Shown here: in pieces, positions 1-13,585 of the stretch | Numbering within the stretch: position 1 is the stretch's first letter | Layout: each line of letters starts with the position of its first letter | NCBI GenBank assembly: GCA_001938485.1 | Contig: MQRK01209984.1 | Coordinates: forward strand, 1 to 63,903 | Length of the DNA: 63,903 nt | Direction of reading: 5' to 3' | DNA from: Girardia tigrina | Lineage: Eukaryota | Notes under the pieces: model-generated | What the model saw: only the letters and a program-made list of their open reading frames with translations | What the model was told of the DNA's origin: nothing | Databases searched by the model: none | Program-made: the position numbers and the translations under genes

Positions 1-611
1 GATGATTACTTTCCTTCAATTTAGTGTCTCTCTCACGATGAACATAGGGTCCTTTCTGAAGATTTGCTCTTGGTTTAGCGAGTTCGCCCTTACCTCCGGA
101 ACTCCGTGTTTCTTTGCTGCTGTTTCCGTGTTGTATTGCTGCCATTGAACCCTGTAATAAACCCTTTTTAATCCCCAAATACCTGCGGCTATATTCGATC
201 ATTTCGGTCAGGGGTTGGTCGCCGGCCCGTTCCAAATCCNNNNNNNNNNNNNNNNNNNNNNNNNNNNNNNNNNNNNNNNNNNNNNNNNNNNNNNNNNNNN
301 NNNNNNNNNNNNNNNNNNNNNNNNNNNNNNNNNNNNNNNNNNNNNNNNNNNNNNNNNNNNNNNGAACGTCTAGTCAGGCCGAACGAATTGTTTAATATCT
401 TGAAGAACCGATCGCAGCTGCTTTGCGTCTTTTCGTCCGATTCCATATAGATGTTCAGTGCAACCCCCGATAGTAAAAAAGGCAGATACGGGGCTGGATC
501 TGTAATCTTCTGGATTTTCATGATCATTTCAAATTTCTTCTGCCAAATCTCGAAATTGATGCTTCCATCAAATTTCTCTAAAAACTCCAAAACGATTTTC
601 ATAACATTCAT
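1..611 (-). mobile_element. Ty3/Gypsy gag N-terminal relic, interrupted by an assembly gap
   Basis: Translation LEKFDGSINFEIWQKKFEMIMKIQ...LPFLLSGVALNIY matches the F-x-G...W...F...L...A pattern of Gypsy gag N-termini. Coding-like sequence continues past the N gap. Confidence 0.6.
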
Positions 612-2690
612 TATGCTCGGATAGCTTGTAACACGCGAAAAAGTTTATTTTCAAAACAATGTTTAATTGATAATATTTAAACAAAATATTTATCAAAAAA
701 GTAAATATTAAATATTTCAAATAATTAAAATATCTAATATCCAACAAAAGATTTTCTAATATATCCAAAAGATTTTGAAATGGAGTTTTTTATTTTGAGT
801 AATGCCGCTCGATTGACCGTGAATTTCAAAATGCGTCAAAAAATTTCTAAAATATTTTCCAAAAAATTAATCGCATTAGCGACTGGAATCAATTTGGAAA
901 AGTACATCCATTGCGATTTATCTAGAGATTTGTTCGGTTCCGCGGTCGTCAATCTATTGAATTCGTCTTGTTTGTCGATTGTTAATCTTTATTTTGAACA
1001 TTTCAGCGTGGACCTCGCTCGAGATTGGAGTCAATTGTCGTGCCTTGATTTGTCGGCTGAAGTCAAATCTGTCGATGAATTAATCGGCATATTCGTGAGG
1101 AACAAATCAAAAATTTGTCGCAATCGTAGATTATCGATGAAAGAGAAATCAAAATGGGCCCAGCAAATTCGCACTCAACAACTGCGCTACTCTGTTGCCT
1201 CCGTCCGATCCTCGGGGCGACTTGAGGGTTGGGCGGACCAAGGACAAATAGGCATCTTTGGAATGTCAGGAAAAGCACTCATTTAGGTCATTTAGTCCCT
1301 TCCATTTCTTTTTATAACAATTCAAGGTGGCTATCCACAATGCTATATTTCTATTGTAATCCACACTTCAAAAAATTAGTGGTTGTTCAACCGTTTTAGG
1401 CAGTCAGGGACTTTTTAATCCCAAGAAATTTCGACACAAGACTAAATTTTTCAAATTCGTTTACCGTAGGATTTATTCATCCCATTTCGTCTTTTACTAT
1501 TTCGATCACGATTTGATCATTCTGCCGTCACACTGCATACCTCTAGTCGCATATGTTATCAATAGATTGTTCCTCCGCTAAATAACTTATTATTCCTTTT
1601 TCTGATGTATGTAGAAAAAAGTCCTCTTGAAATGGCTAATGGGCCAAACAATAAATACGTGTATATGAAAACTTTGCAAACAAAATATTTAATTTTTCTA
1701 AATTAATGAGAATATATCTTACCTTAATAAATTAAGAAAAACAATTATTTTTGAATGTTTAAATAATACAAATTAAAAAAAGAAATAAACAAAATGAATA
1801 AATATTTACATAATTGTTAAATGAGTTTAAGAAAAGCTTTTCATAAATTGGATTAATTCGTCTTTCAGTTATAATTAATTAAATAAAATATAAATTTTAA
1901 TTAAATATATTAAAAAAACATTTTTCTTTAAAATTTGATTGAAAATTCGAATAAAAAACTTAAAAAATTATTTTTTGAAACTAAAACATTTATAAATTAA
2001 TTACAAAATACAATTAATGTAATTAATTAAAAATTATTTTTAATTGATTTTATGTTTTACTAATATAAATTAAATTAGAAATATAACTTTCAATTTTTTT
2101 GTTTTTCTTTCAATTTGACACATAATGAAAATTATATATTGACACATAATATAAATAATTATATTTATTGAAATATTATCAAATAATTATATCTGCAATT
2201 AATAAATTTTCACTCAATATTCAAATATTTCAACCTCAACTTTGGTGATTATTTTCCAAACTAAATTTGACATTTGTTGGAAAATTATAATTAAAACCAA
2301 ACAGAATCATTTTTATAATACGAGGAAATTATCATTTTATTAGAAAACAAAATTGACAGATGTGTTCAAATTAAATAGAAAAATTTAAACAGAAATGTTT
2401 AAATCACAAATGAAAGTGACACTGACGCGGGGCGATAGGAGAGGTGGAGGAGGGGGACGAAGGAAGAGTCGAGGGGGGTCAATCCAGTACACATGTTGCT
2501 GAATCATACATGTTTTATTTGGGTATTCATCGAATGGGAATTTTACTGTTAAAGTTTGATTTGAAGAATGGAATATATAAAATTATTACAGAAAAATATT
2601 TCTTTGAAAATTTTTCAAGAATATATATATATATATATATNNNNNNNNNNNNNNNNNNNNNNNNNNNNNNNNNNNNNNNNNNNNNNNNNN

Positions 2691-2729
<39 letters not shown>

Positions 2730-2794
2730 CATTATATTTAAATTGAAGAAAAAAATGTTTAAAAGTGCATTTTATTGGACATTGTTTTCTTAAG

Positions 2795-2917
2795 GTTCTG
2801 GCCACAGACATGTCGAAGCATATGACACTTCTTGCCGATCTCAAAACAATGGTGGAAACCAAAAAAGTAGCTGGTTCCGGAATTCTAACTCTTGACACAT
2901 ACACTGACCGAATACAG
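2795..2917 (+). CDS. PDE4: PDE4-family cAMP phosphodiesterase, internal exon (123 nt)
   Basis: taag|GTT...CAG|gt. Encodes [41 protein letters not shown], nearly identical to the PDE4/dunce catalytic domain. Phase 0/0. Confidence 0.97.
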
Positions 2918-3063
2918 GTTATTTTCATTAATTATTAAATTATAAATGTCAGTTATTATAACATCATTTCTTCCCGCATATATATATATAGATCGTTTTT
3001 TATTCAGAAAGTTATATATTTAAATCATTCATTTAAAAATATATCGATTCAAATCCTTAATCT

Positions 3064-3320
3064 AACTAGTAAATAAAAAAATTTATTTTTTTTATATCCA
3101 TTCTTTATGCAGACAGAACTCTACTTTGCAAACAAAGTTTTTAAAATTTAAAAAAAATTTAATTAAAAAAACACATTATAAATTAATATTAACTACTCAT
3201 AATTTATAAGTAGATATATTGCAATTAATATTGTTCGGGAACTACGAATTTTCCGTTTTTCTCCCATTTTGGGATCATAAAAAGATTTTTTCGATCAAAA
3301 TTTTACATAATTATTAATTT
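3064..3320 (+). mobile_element. Dispersed non-autonomous repeat, Helentron/HINE-like, copy A
   Basis: Shares tatccattctttatgcagacagaactcta...gttcgggaact.cgaattttccgttttt with 42951-43296 and, inverted, with 27030-27365. Starts AACTAG. The class assignment is inference. Confidence 0.6.
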
Positions 3321-3470
3321 TAATCCCCAATATACCTTTTAAAGTTAATGTATCTATTAAAATTGTTTTCAAATTGATGATGTAAATATCGAAACATGTC
3401 CGATAATTATATAAAAAAAGCTTTAATCAAATTATATTTTCGAAATATTAAACTTGCATTCACAAGACTC

Positions 3471-3504
<34 letters not shown>

Positions 3505-4164
3505 AAATATTTTCATTCAATTTTTGTTGTTTTATCATTTGTTGCAAAAATTATCATTTTTCTATTATTTACCAGGTCTTTTATATTTGCATAATCGAAT
3601 AAATAATTTACTTTTTCTGTTTGCTGCTGTGATTATTCTAAAACAAAAGCAAATCTTTCATCGCCATCAGTTATGTCTCAAATTTTATTTTATATATTCA
3701 ATCAAACCGTCGTTGTACGGATACAATTATACTAATCACTTTGTAATTTTTTCTACAATCTTCATTGTTGTAACTATAACTAAAAAATATATTTTACTAT
3801 GAAACATAATAAATATTTATAATGTATTTCTTTATTACATTTTCCTAAAGGTAATTTTATACCTCGAGCTTTAATTTTCTGAAAAAGACATATGAATCAT
3901 ACAATTTTCGTAATGAAGACTCTTTTTATTTCTTTTTATCATCAGAAATCTTCATGATTCATGTATTTACTTCATATGCTCCTTAATTAGTTCGCTTAAA
4001 ACGTTTTACACCTCCATATCAAAGTATCAAATATATTTTACTGAAAGACGACTCTGTAAACCAAAAAATGAAAATTCATATCATCTTTTTTAGTTGTCCT
4101 ATTCACTTTGTACAAGGTGTCAGCTGATTTATTTTTAAAGACTTTTGAGATAACTAACCTAGTA

Positions 4165-4527
4165 TGTGAGGAATGTTTTGAATTGTTTGCAGATATTGTG
4201 CATGTTTTATATTCATTCGGATTGTGTCTCTCCTACCCAAATGGATGATCGGTATTTTCTGTGATTCTTACTAATTAAAAATAATTTAATTTATTTTAAA
4301 AAAGATTTAAAATAATTTTTGAATGTATTATTTATTTTTTAATGTAATTTAAAATTTTAATATATTAATATAACATGTTCTTTTATTGAAAAAATTAGTA
4401 TGGATTTAGAAATATATAAATCAAGAAAAAATTTGGAATAATGAAGGCGGTTTGAATAATTGTTGTAATGAAAATTCTGCTTGTAGTGCTAATAAATGTT
4501 TAAAAATTCATACTGATGTTGTTAATA
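4165..4527 (+). mobile_element. Gypsy solo LTR (TGTGAGG family)
   Basis: TGTGAGGAAT...ctctcctacccaaatgga...AATAAA...GTTGTTAATA. Perfect 5-bp TSD TAGTA at 4160-4164 and 4528-4532. Confidence 0.85.
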
Positions 4528-4778
4528 TAGTAGGAATACTGTGGCCATCAAAGTCTTAAACAGTGTAAAACCATGTCTTTAAAATAGTAAAAAAATTATG
4601 ATTTCGAAATAATATGGAACTAAGAAAAGACCAGACGGGGGAGTTAGATTTCGTCTTTGTAAGTTTCTCTTTAATTAAAAATCGTAGTTATAATTTATTA
4701 TTTATTGTTTCGAATTGGGTGTTCAATTTTAAATTTTTTTTTAAATTAAATTGTTTTTATTTTCTTTACAAACCTTCA

Positions 4779-4837
4779 CCCTAACCCCTAACCCTAACCC
4801 TTAACCTAAACCCTAACCATAACACTAACCTTAACCC
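4779..4837. repeat. Degenerate interstitial (CCCTAA)n array
   Basis: About 9 imperfect CCCTAA units (ccctaacccctaaccctaacccttaacctaaaccctaaccataacactaaccttaaccc). Confidence 0.85.
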
Positions 4838-5499
4838 GTAAAACGATTTTTGCAACAAAAAATTAAATTAATTTGATTATCTACTTACATTTGTAAGTAA
4901 ATAATATGATCCCTACGCAGATGAAACATTGGGCTTTTATTATGCTAATATAGAATATATTAATTTAAATTTTTTTAAATAATCTCTTTGTGGGAGGTTG
5001 ATTGTGGTAAGTAGCTAAACTGAGATAAAATATCAGCTGTCATTTAGAATATTAGCGTGGTATTCGCTCAGATTGTTAGGGTTATGTGGGAAGAGTAATG
5101 GTAAAGTGACATGGATTTGCAAAGACAGTTCAATTAAATGATTTCTTCTTTAGCAGGATAAAATAGAGGTAGAAAAAAGCTTAGAGAAGTTGGAAGAAGA
5201 AAAGAGATGAAAACTTCTAAGTTTCCGAAGAAGATATCATTTAGAGTCTTTTAACATATCAGACATATAATTAGAGCAGTCGTTATTTTGGTACATAACC
5301 TCCATTTTGAATTACAGTGACTAAGTGATAAGGCATCTATTCTACCAGACACTGAAAATAATGTGGACTAATTTCCGACACCCAGACATGTTACTATTAT
5401 TTGCTTTAGATCTTTAATATTACTAAGACGATACTATTGAAAAACCTGCTTCAAAACTTTCCACAAGTTCTCAAATTGGTTGAGATTGTTTGAAAGTCA

Positions 5500-7010
5500 G
5501 GTAAATTGAAAAGGGTTACATTTTTGGTTGAAAACCTTTTCTTAACAGAGCAGCTGTGTGACTTAAAGCTTGATACTGTTTTAAAATAACTGATCCCAAA
5601 ATATCCATAAATGATTACAATTTATCTTCCAAGATCTCTCCATAATATTTCACATTTCACATTTAGAGATAAATTATAAAACTCCTAATCCCGAAGTGGT
5701 AATTAGGTCCCACAATAATTCGTGTTATATTTTTTGCGGCAATAATTGTATAGATTTGGTTGTTATTTTTAGTCGAAGAACTTCAAATATACTGATAATA
5801 TCTGCCATATTTATACTTTATTATTTAATCTGAAAATATTATTTATTTCGAATCCTTAGTAATCTAGCCTCAACATGTTCTGGAAAATAATATTTTTGGT
5901 TCATCATGCTAAATTTATCAATGTTTTTAAGTTGTTTTAAATAAATTTAAATTTGATTTAAGTTAAATGTACTCTCTAATTGAACTAGCAGGTATTGCAA
6001 TACTAACTGGATTTTCTAGGATTGCTGAAATTTTATTTAATGTAATGAATTGATCAAGTTTAACGGTTTTTAATGAGTTCGTGTTCCTGGTTTCTTTATC
6101 CAGTAAATATTTCCATCATCTCTTCATTTTTTACATATTTTGTTGACAAACTTTGAGGTATCTTTAAGTTTTGTGCAATTCTTAATTGTGTAAAACCACA
6201 TTCTTATAATGAAAGGAAATTTCCCATAACAAAATCTGATATTTCTGTCTTTGTATCTATTAGCAACATCACAATTTGAATGTAAACATTTATTAACATA
6301 AACGGGTTATATACAACCATCATCAGTGAGTGTCTTTGATTGATATAGTTTTTGTTTATGTATTCAAATCAAAAATCAATTACTGCGAAAATTTTAATAT
6401 TAACTTTTAATTTCTCTTAATTTTATTGGATAAAAAGGCATTACGTAATTTTTAAAATAAACCAAAATTTTTAAATATATTAAATTTAATAAGTTAAAAT
6501 CGTTTACTAAAAATATTATTAATATTAACAGCATCACAATTTGAATGCAAACATTTATTGACAACACAAACAGATTCTTCACGACAATTTTCATTTGTCA
6601 TCTTTCTTTGATTGATATAGTTTTTTTTGTTAATATATTCAAATCTAAAAAAATAATGAATAGGAAAGATTAATAATAAATTTTAATTTCTCATAATTTT
6701 TATTGGATAAAAGTCATACATAATTTTTTAAATAAACATTAATTTTTAAAATATATTACATTTAATAAGTTAAAATCATTTACTGAAAATATTATTAAAA
6801 TTCATAATTATCAAACTTTAATTAATTAGTACTTAAAATTAATATCATTAAATTAATTTCATTAGACTCAAATAATTAATCAAATAACATATCAATCCCA
6901 TCTGAGTAGGAGAGTCACAAATCTAAACAGCATACAAACACCATTTCATTTCTTACAACATTCCAAATTTTCCCTCATAGTATCGATTAACCGAAGCAAT
7001 TGTTACGGAA
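5500..7010 (-). pseudogene. Very decayed Tc1-like transposase N-terminus, split by a solo LTR
   Basis: After removing the LTR the minus strand reads RLIDTKTEISDFVMGNFLSL*ECGFTQLRIAQNLKIPQSL, an HTH-like start. Many stops; boundaries approximate. Confidence 0.4.
6258..6979 (-). mobile_element. Gypsy solo LTR with duplicated 3' half
   Basis: Minus strand TATGAGGGAA...ctctcctactcagatggga...GTTGCTAATA. Perfect TSD GTATC at 6253-6257 and 6980-6984. About 260 bp of the 3' part occurs twice. Confidence 0.85.
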
Positions 7011-10000
7011 ACAAAAATAAAGTATTTGTTAGATGTTCTTGCAACATCCTCGGAGTTATTGTTAAAAGTTACTTCCGACATCCAAATTTTATTATCATAT
7101 AAAAAAACGATTAACACTAATATTTAAAGTTTAAATATTTATATATATATATTTTTTATATTTTATATTTATATATATTTAAATATATTTTATTTTAATT
7201 TTAAAAAAGCTGGTACAAAAAAATACTTATAATTAATATTTTATTTTGTTTTAATTTATTAAATTTTGCTTTTAATAATTTTTTTTCAATTTTAAATTAC
7301 GATAACATTAATATTTAATCATTTAATGAAATTTTATTAATTAAAAAATCTCTATTATCATTCTCTAATAATTATCTTTTATCAAATTTTATACTTTTAA
7401 ATTATAACAGTATTTACAATTATTTAATTGTTTCGTTTAATTTTATTAATTTTAAAAATTCTTTTACCATCATTACATATTTAAAATTTTCTACATTTTA
7501 ATTGGTATATTTAGTTTTACATTATTTCAGAAATTTTAATTCACAACAGCATTTATCAAATGTAAGAAAATACTCACATATGTTTTGAAACTAATGTCTC
7601 AATTTCCTCATCTTAATTTTTTACCACAGTAAAACAAAAAGAATTTCATTAATGTATAACTGCTAGTAGAGTTACTTTACACAGGAAAACATAATTATTC
7701 TGAACTTTTGATCAAGATTGTAGAAAACTAAAATTTTATTTTTATGAAATTAATTGAAGATAAAATTTGAAAGTCTCTCATTGAAAGTTTTTGCTCTTGT
7801 GTCTCTGTTTTTATTTTTGTACCCAGAAAAGAAACTTATTTCTTTAAACGTCAAACACTATGAATCGTCGGGACCCTTTTTATTCATTCTTTTGAAAAGC
7901 AATATCCTGAATTTAATATTTTTTAAATGTATTTATTCTTTCATTTTACCAAATTATGAAAACATTGAATTTTGTGTTAAAGTCGTTGTATCCAATAATA
8001 AATCATAACTCTTTTGACACCAATCAATTAGGAGAAAAATCTAGAAACAAGTGGATACCACATGAATTGAACTATGAGCACATTGAACAATACTAAATAC
8101 AAATCTTTCGTTTTTATTCCGTAAGAAAACCTAACTCTTTCTTAATACAATTGCTATTTACGATGTAACATAAATTGAAGATGCAGATTAGTTATTAGAC
8201 AGATTTGAAATGATACATAAAATGATACATTCAGTAAGAAACACTGGTTACGATTGTTTGGTGTTCCAGCTCAGATTTCGTCCACATCAATAGCAGTTGA
8301 TAGAAACCATTAGAAACCATATGATATTAACGGACACTACGCAGCCTGATTTATCCGTCAAAATTATAATAGCATGCGAATGATATAATTCTATCCCAGT
8401 TCTGTTAACAATCATTGGTGTTTTGCCAATCTGAGTCAACATTGACGTCATCAATGAGTAGTTCATATGAGACATTTTTGTGAGGGGTGAGTTGATTATT
8501 ATTCAAATTGCTATTATTATTCAAGTGCCCATTTCGCGGCTGTTACGCATCCACCGTAACAGCCAGAGGTATATATGTCCATGGTACCAAGTTCCATGGC
8601 TGGTCGTTGATAACTGGCAAACCGACTGCTCAGAGGCGGAAGGCCACTGACCCCGTAGGAGGCCTATCGGGGGCCCTTAAGGACTTTAGTTTGGGTGGAC
8701 TCTCTAAAGAGCCTTAGGCTCAATACCATTGAAAGAGATGAGAGGCCCATTCAAATTATTCGATCGGATAAAATAGTGAAGAAGTTATTTTAATTGTCCT
8801 TAATTTTAATCTAACCTATGCACTATAAGCAATTAGATGATATAATGAGAAATATTGCGATTAACCATCGATTATTTCATCGACTCTCATGAAATAGAGT
8901 CTTACAGCAAAGTTATAAATGAATTATCGTTTGCAAAAAAGATTGCTAATCGGTGTTCCACATAGATATAAATTAGAATATAAAATTATATAAATAAAAG
9001 AAAAATATAAATTACATTATTTATAATTTTTTGTAAAAAACGTTTTGTTGTTACTTGTTAATTGTTTAAAAAATTTTAATTTTTATCGGGAAGATGAAAA
9101 CTAATCGTTATTATTAATTTTTTGTATTTATATATTGATTATTAAATTTTGATTAAAAAAAAATAATTTCTGTACTAGATAAATTGTTCTATGTATTTTT
9201 TGTTGAAAATCGATAAAAAAAATTATTTAATGTTTTTTCTGTATCTGGAAAATTCTAAGTGTAAAAATATCGTTTGTTTAGTATTTGAAAATAAATTGTG
9301 AGTTGTCCAAATGTTTGATTGAAAAATGTTTTTTTGATATTTGACGAATTAGATCTGAAATGAGCTCAATTTTAAAGTTATTTATTTGTTACGCGGTATA
9401 TTCTGGCAGCGTTCATTTGAATTAATGATCTACGTATTATCATGACTGTTGTTGTTGTCCTATCTCATAATAAGCTTCGTTGATCTAATTTTCCGATTGA
9501 AAAAAAGATCAGGAAATATTAATAATAGAGAGACTGGTGGTGGCGTTGATCGTGATTCTTGTCACAGTTATGATTAATTGCACACTAGTGTATAACTATA
9601 CCGCTCGAAGAAATCTGAAAATTAACACTGTCGGTGGTTGTGAACAGTTGCAAAATATGTTTAAAAATCTATTCGTTTGTGAAGCATTACTTCAATTGAG
9701 CCTTCAATAACTACTCTTGAGACAAGAAACAACTTGACCGTTTTCCTAGCCGGTTGATCATGTCACATTTGAAATACTGGTTTATTCTGTCATTATCGCG
9801 ACAATATCGAACAACAATCGGGATACGTACCTTGACTAAACTATAAAGCTTTTATTTTATATCAATCGAGTTTATTTTATTAAAATTTGCATCATTTCAT
9901 ATTTGACAGACTAATATTTTTTGAATGAAGTCTTTTAAAAAGATATCTCTTAATTTCTTTTCTAGTCAAAATTATTTCGAAAAATTTATTGAGTCTGAAT

Positions 10001-10706
10001 TTATATAATGAGTTTTCCTTCGAAATTTTATTTGTATGACTGATACACAAACACTTATTTCTAATTCTTTTTTTGTTTAATTTCACAAGGCATCTTTTGA
10101 TGCGAAGTATACATTCTTGTAAACAGTGATCAGAAAAGATACTGACACAAAATATGGGAACTCTTGATAGTAAAGACACTAGTTACAGAAATAACAATAT
10201 TAAAAGCAAAAACTAGTTCATAGAGTCTGGCATTGATAAAATGTCCCCATAAATGATAAAACTCATCACTTGATTACAATATTTGATAAATGTCCCTCGG
10301 ACTTCTTTAACTCAAGTCATATAGCTAATCCTATTTTTCAGAAGAATTCACATTGAAAAATTGTCAAAAGCATCAAAGGAAAATATTTCCAAAAGGAAAT
10401 CAAAATTTATCTAAATAATTGAAAAGGAATATTTTTGAAAATTAATATTTTCTCAAATATTATTATCAAATTTTTATATAATCAAATGATTTGAATTTTT
10501 CCGTATGTTATATTATTAATAAATAAATAATTAAATGTGTACTTATCGTGAATACAATTTTATTATCCTGTATATTTTTATATATAAATCAATTTTAAGA
10601 AAATCGTTTTTTGACATATATGTTTTTCGAATAAAAATTTAATTTACATGTTTTTCATAATGAATTGTAAAAAATAATTTATAGGGTCGAAATTGTTAAC
10701 TGGACT

Positions 10707-11168
10707 TATTAGCAACATCGCAATTTGTGTGAAAACATTTATTAACAACACAAACATTTTCAGTAGCACAATCTGCGGAAAACATCGTTCTTGATTAATA
10801 AAGATTTTCTACATTTATTTAAATCTTTGATTTATAAATGAGATTATCATATTTATATATTTTTTTTAATTTATCAAAATTTTATTGAGTAAAAATAAAT
10901 TTAGTAAATTTTAAAATAATAGTTTTTTTTATTAGTTTTTTTAATTAAATTAAATTTAATAAGTTAAATTAGTTACTTAAAAATATTAATAAAATTTCAA
11001 ATTACAAAACTTTTAATTAATTAGTATTTAGACATTAATCTCATTAAATTAATGTCATTAGATTTAAATAACTAATTAATAACATATCAATCCCATCTGA
11101 GTAGGAGAGTCACCAAACTAAACAGTATACAAACAACAAAATCACAACATTCCGAATTTTCCCTCACA
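10707..11168 (-). mobile_element. Gypsy solo LTR (TGTGAGG family)
   Basis: Minus strand TGTGAGGGAA...GTTGCTAATA. Perfect TSD GGACT at 10702-10706 and 11169-11173. Confidence 0.9.
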
Positions 11169-11344
11169 GGACTCAAGCAGAAATGAAATAAATTGATTCA
11201 TTCAGAGAGGATCGTGCTATTAATCCTTAATTACTTTGGTACCGCCATTGGTATATATAAATATAAAACAAGAATCGTACCAAAATAAATAATTATTAAA
11301 AACATGAGAATAACTAAAATTTATTACATTTATATACTCCCATA

Positions 11345-13107
11345 AACCAGATCAGTTCAAAATCCTTCATGCATTAAACATTTAAGAAGTTTCTTGGGGC
11401 TAACGAACTATTATAGAAAATTTTTGAAAGATTATGCAAAATATTCAAAAATACTAGAAGGGCTATGTGGAAAAAATAAAGATAAAAAATTGACATGGAC
11501 AAAAGAATGTGACGAAGTATTTCAGACATTAAAAGATAAAATGACAAAAACACCGATCCTAGCATATCCAGATGTTGAAAATGAGTTTATACTGAATACA
11601 GACGCCAGTTTTGATATAATCTTGGCAGTACTTGCACAGAAGGATGCATACGGAAGGGAAAGAGTAAAATGCATATGGATCCCACAAGATGAACAAACAT
11701 GAACTGGGATACTGTATTACAAGAAAAGAATTATTGGCAATCTATTACTTCACTAAACACTTCAAACATTTCTTATACGGAAAGAAGTTTCTACTTAGAA
11801 CGGACCATAAGGCCATCACATTCATGATGACAACGAAGAACCCAATAACTCCACAATTCCAAACTTGGATAAACTTCCTTAGTGGACTAGACATGAGGAT
11901 GGAATACCGCAAGGACGAAAAACACATTAATGCAGATGCAATGTCGAGAAATACATGTGAACTATGTGTACAATGTCAGACAATGCACTATGACTCTAAA
12001 AAAGGAAAAGTTAAAACTAGAATAATTGCATTAACTGAAGATTCAGAAGATTTCATTTGACAGACGAATGATAAAGAAATAGTGCAGATTAAAGAAAATA
12101 TTAGAATGTGAAATACAAAAGAATGGCTACTCTATAACAATATCGTGACGGCAAGCGATAACAAATATTGGATTCCTATGAAGAAGAGAAGAGAAGATTG
12201 TGGAAGATATACATAAAATGTTATGCCATGCAGGAATTAAGAAAGTATACATTACATAAAAGATGATTTCGGTATGTATGACATAAGACAATAGATAAAG
12301 AAAATCGTACAAAGTTGCGAAAATTGCCAGAAAAGGAAGACGCTGACAGCAAAAACGAAAGAGAAACACATTAAACAATCTGCCGATGAACCATATCAAA
12401 AAATTGATATGGACTTCTGCGGATCATTCAGAAGGACTATGAATGGATACCAATACATTTCAGCAATAATTAATCAATTTAATAGGTACATCAGCTTGAC
12501 CGCAGTGGCACACCAAGATGAGAAGACTACACGAAAGGTCCTATTAGATAAATGTATTTGAAAATTCGGACCACCAAAAGAGATACGTTGATAGAGGAAA
12601 AACTTTCAAATCAGCACTCTTTAAAGAAACGACGAAGAAATTTAAGACGGAGATAGTCTACTCAACCCCTTATCACCACAACACTAACGGGATCATAGAA
12701 ACACAATTCAGAACAATGAGAGATGCCATAAATATACGATTAAAGGAGATTGGGTAGAAATGTTGGCAGAAATATAATTCATGTTAAACGGTACAATTCA
12801 AGCAACAACTGGAATATCTCCAGCCTAGATAATCTTCGGAAGAAAACCAAGGCATTGGTGGAAGAACACAACAGAAGGAAAAAGTGGAGAAAAAGAAAAT
12901 AAAAATACAATTGAAACAAAGTGAATATTTCAGATCGGAGATAAAGTCTTGATAAAGAAAGTTAACACATCAAAAGATGATGACCACTATATGGGACCAG
13001 CTAAAATTATAAAGCAAAGAAACGAAAGAAGTTATGAGATACAACTAGAAGACGGCAGGATCTTGATCAGAAATGTAGAATGGCTAAAGTCATTTAAACC
13101 GAGGGGA
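11345..13107 (+). mobile_element. Ty3/Gypsy pol 3' part (RT end, RNase H, integrase) and polypurine tract; frameshifted
   Basis: LRSFLGLTNYYRKF; NTDASF; KELLAIYYF; RTDHKAI; NADAMSR; integrase HHCC (HKMLCHAG...CENCQK), DMDFCG and NGIIE. Ends with gagggga directly before the LTR. Confidence 0.93.
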
Positions 13108-13585
13108 TGTGAGGAATATTTTAAATTGTTTGAATGTGTAAATGTATGGATGCTGTATTTAGAATGGTAATTCTCCCACCCAGATGGAAATTTGTATTTT
13201 TTTATTTAAATTTAAAGTGATTAACTATTCGAACATAATTAAAATAATCATTTTATAAAGTTCATATTTTTTAATTTAACAATTAAAATTAAGTTTAATA
13301 TTTTTTAGTAAAATTTAAATTAAATGTATTTTTAATAATTTGATGACATTTTTATTATTTATTGAGAAATGTTAAAAAATTATTATTTTTAATTAATAAT
13401 TTTTAAAAGTTAAATATTTTAAAAAATGACTTAAGAAAAATTGTTCGAATAATCATGATTAAAAATAGAAATAAGAAAACCAATTAGAATGATGACAAAT
13501 GATGAAAGACTTTCTGAGAGTCATAATGACTCTAAATGTGATTGTAATAAAAATCCAAACGAGACTTGTCTATATGTTCTTAATA
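13108..13585 (+). mobile_element. 3' LTR of the Gypsy element
   Basis: Starts TGTGAGGAAT directly after the polypurine tract and contains ctcccacccagatgga. Ends GTTCTTAATA by homology to the TSD-defined solo LTRs. Confidence 0.88.

Noticed and set aside
780-1286. 168-aa plus-strand ORF as a gene
   Set aside because: No recognisable motif; it lies antisense to the probable leader of the minus-strand Gypsy gag.
2527-2928. Minus-strand 133-aa ORF
   Set aside because: Antisense shadow of the PDE4 exon plus a (TA)n tract and a gap.
8695-8752. Hammerhead ribozyme (ctaaaga...gaaa)
   Set aside because: The core is mutated, there is no NUH triplet after stem III, and stem II geometry does not fit.
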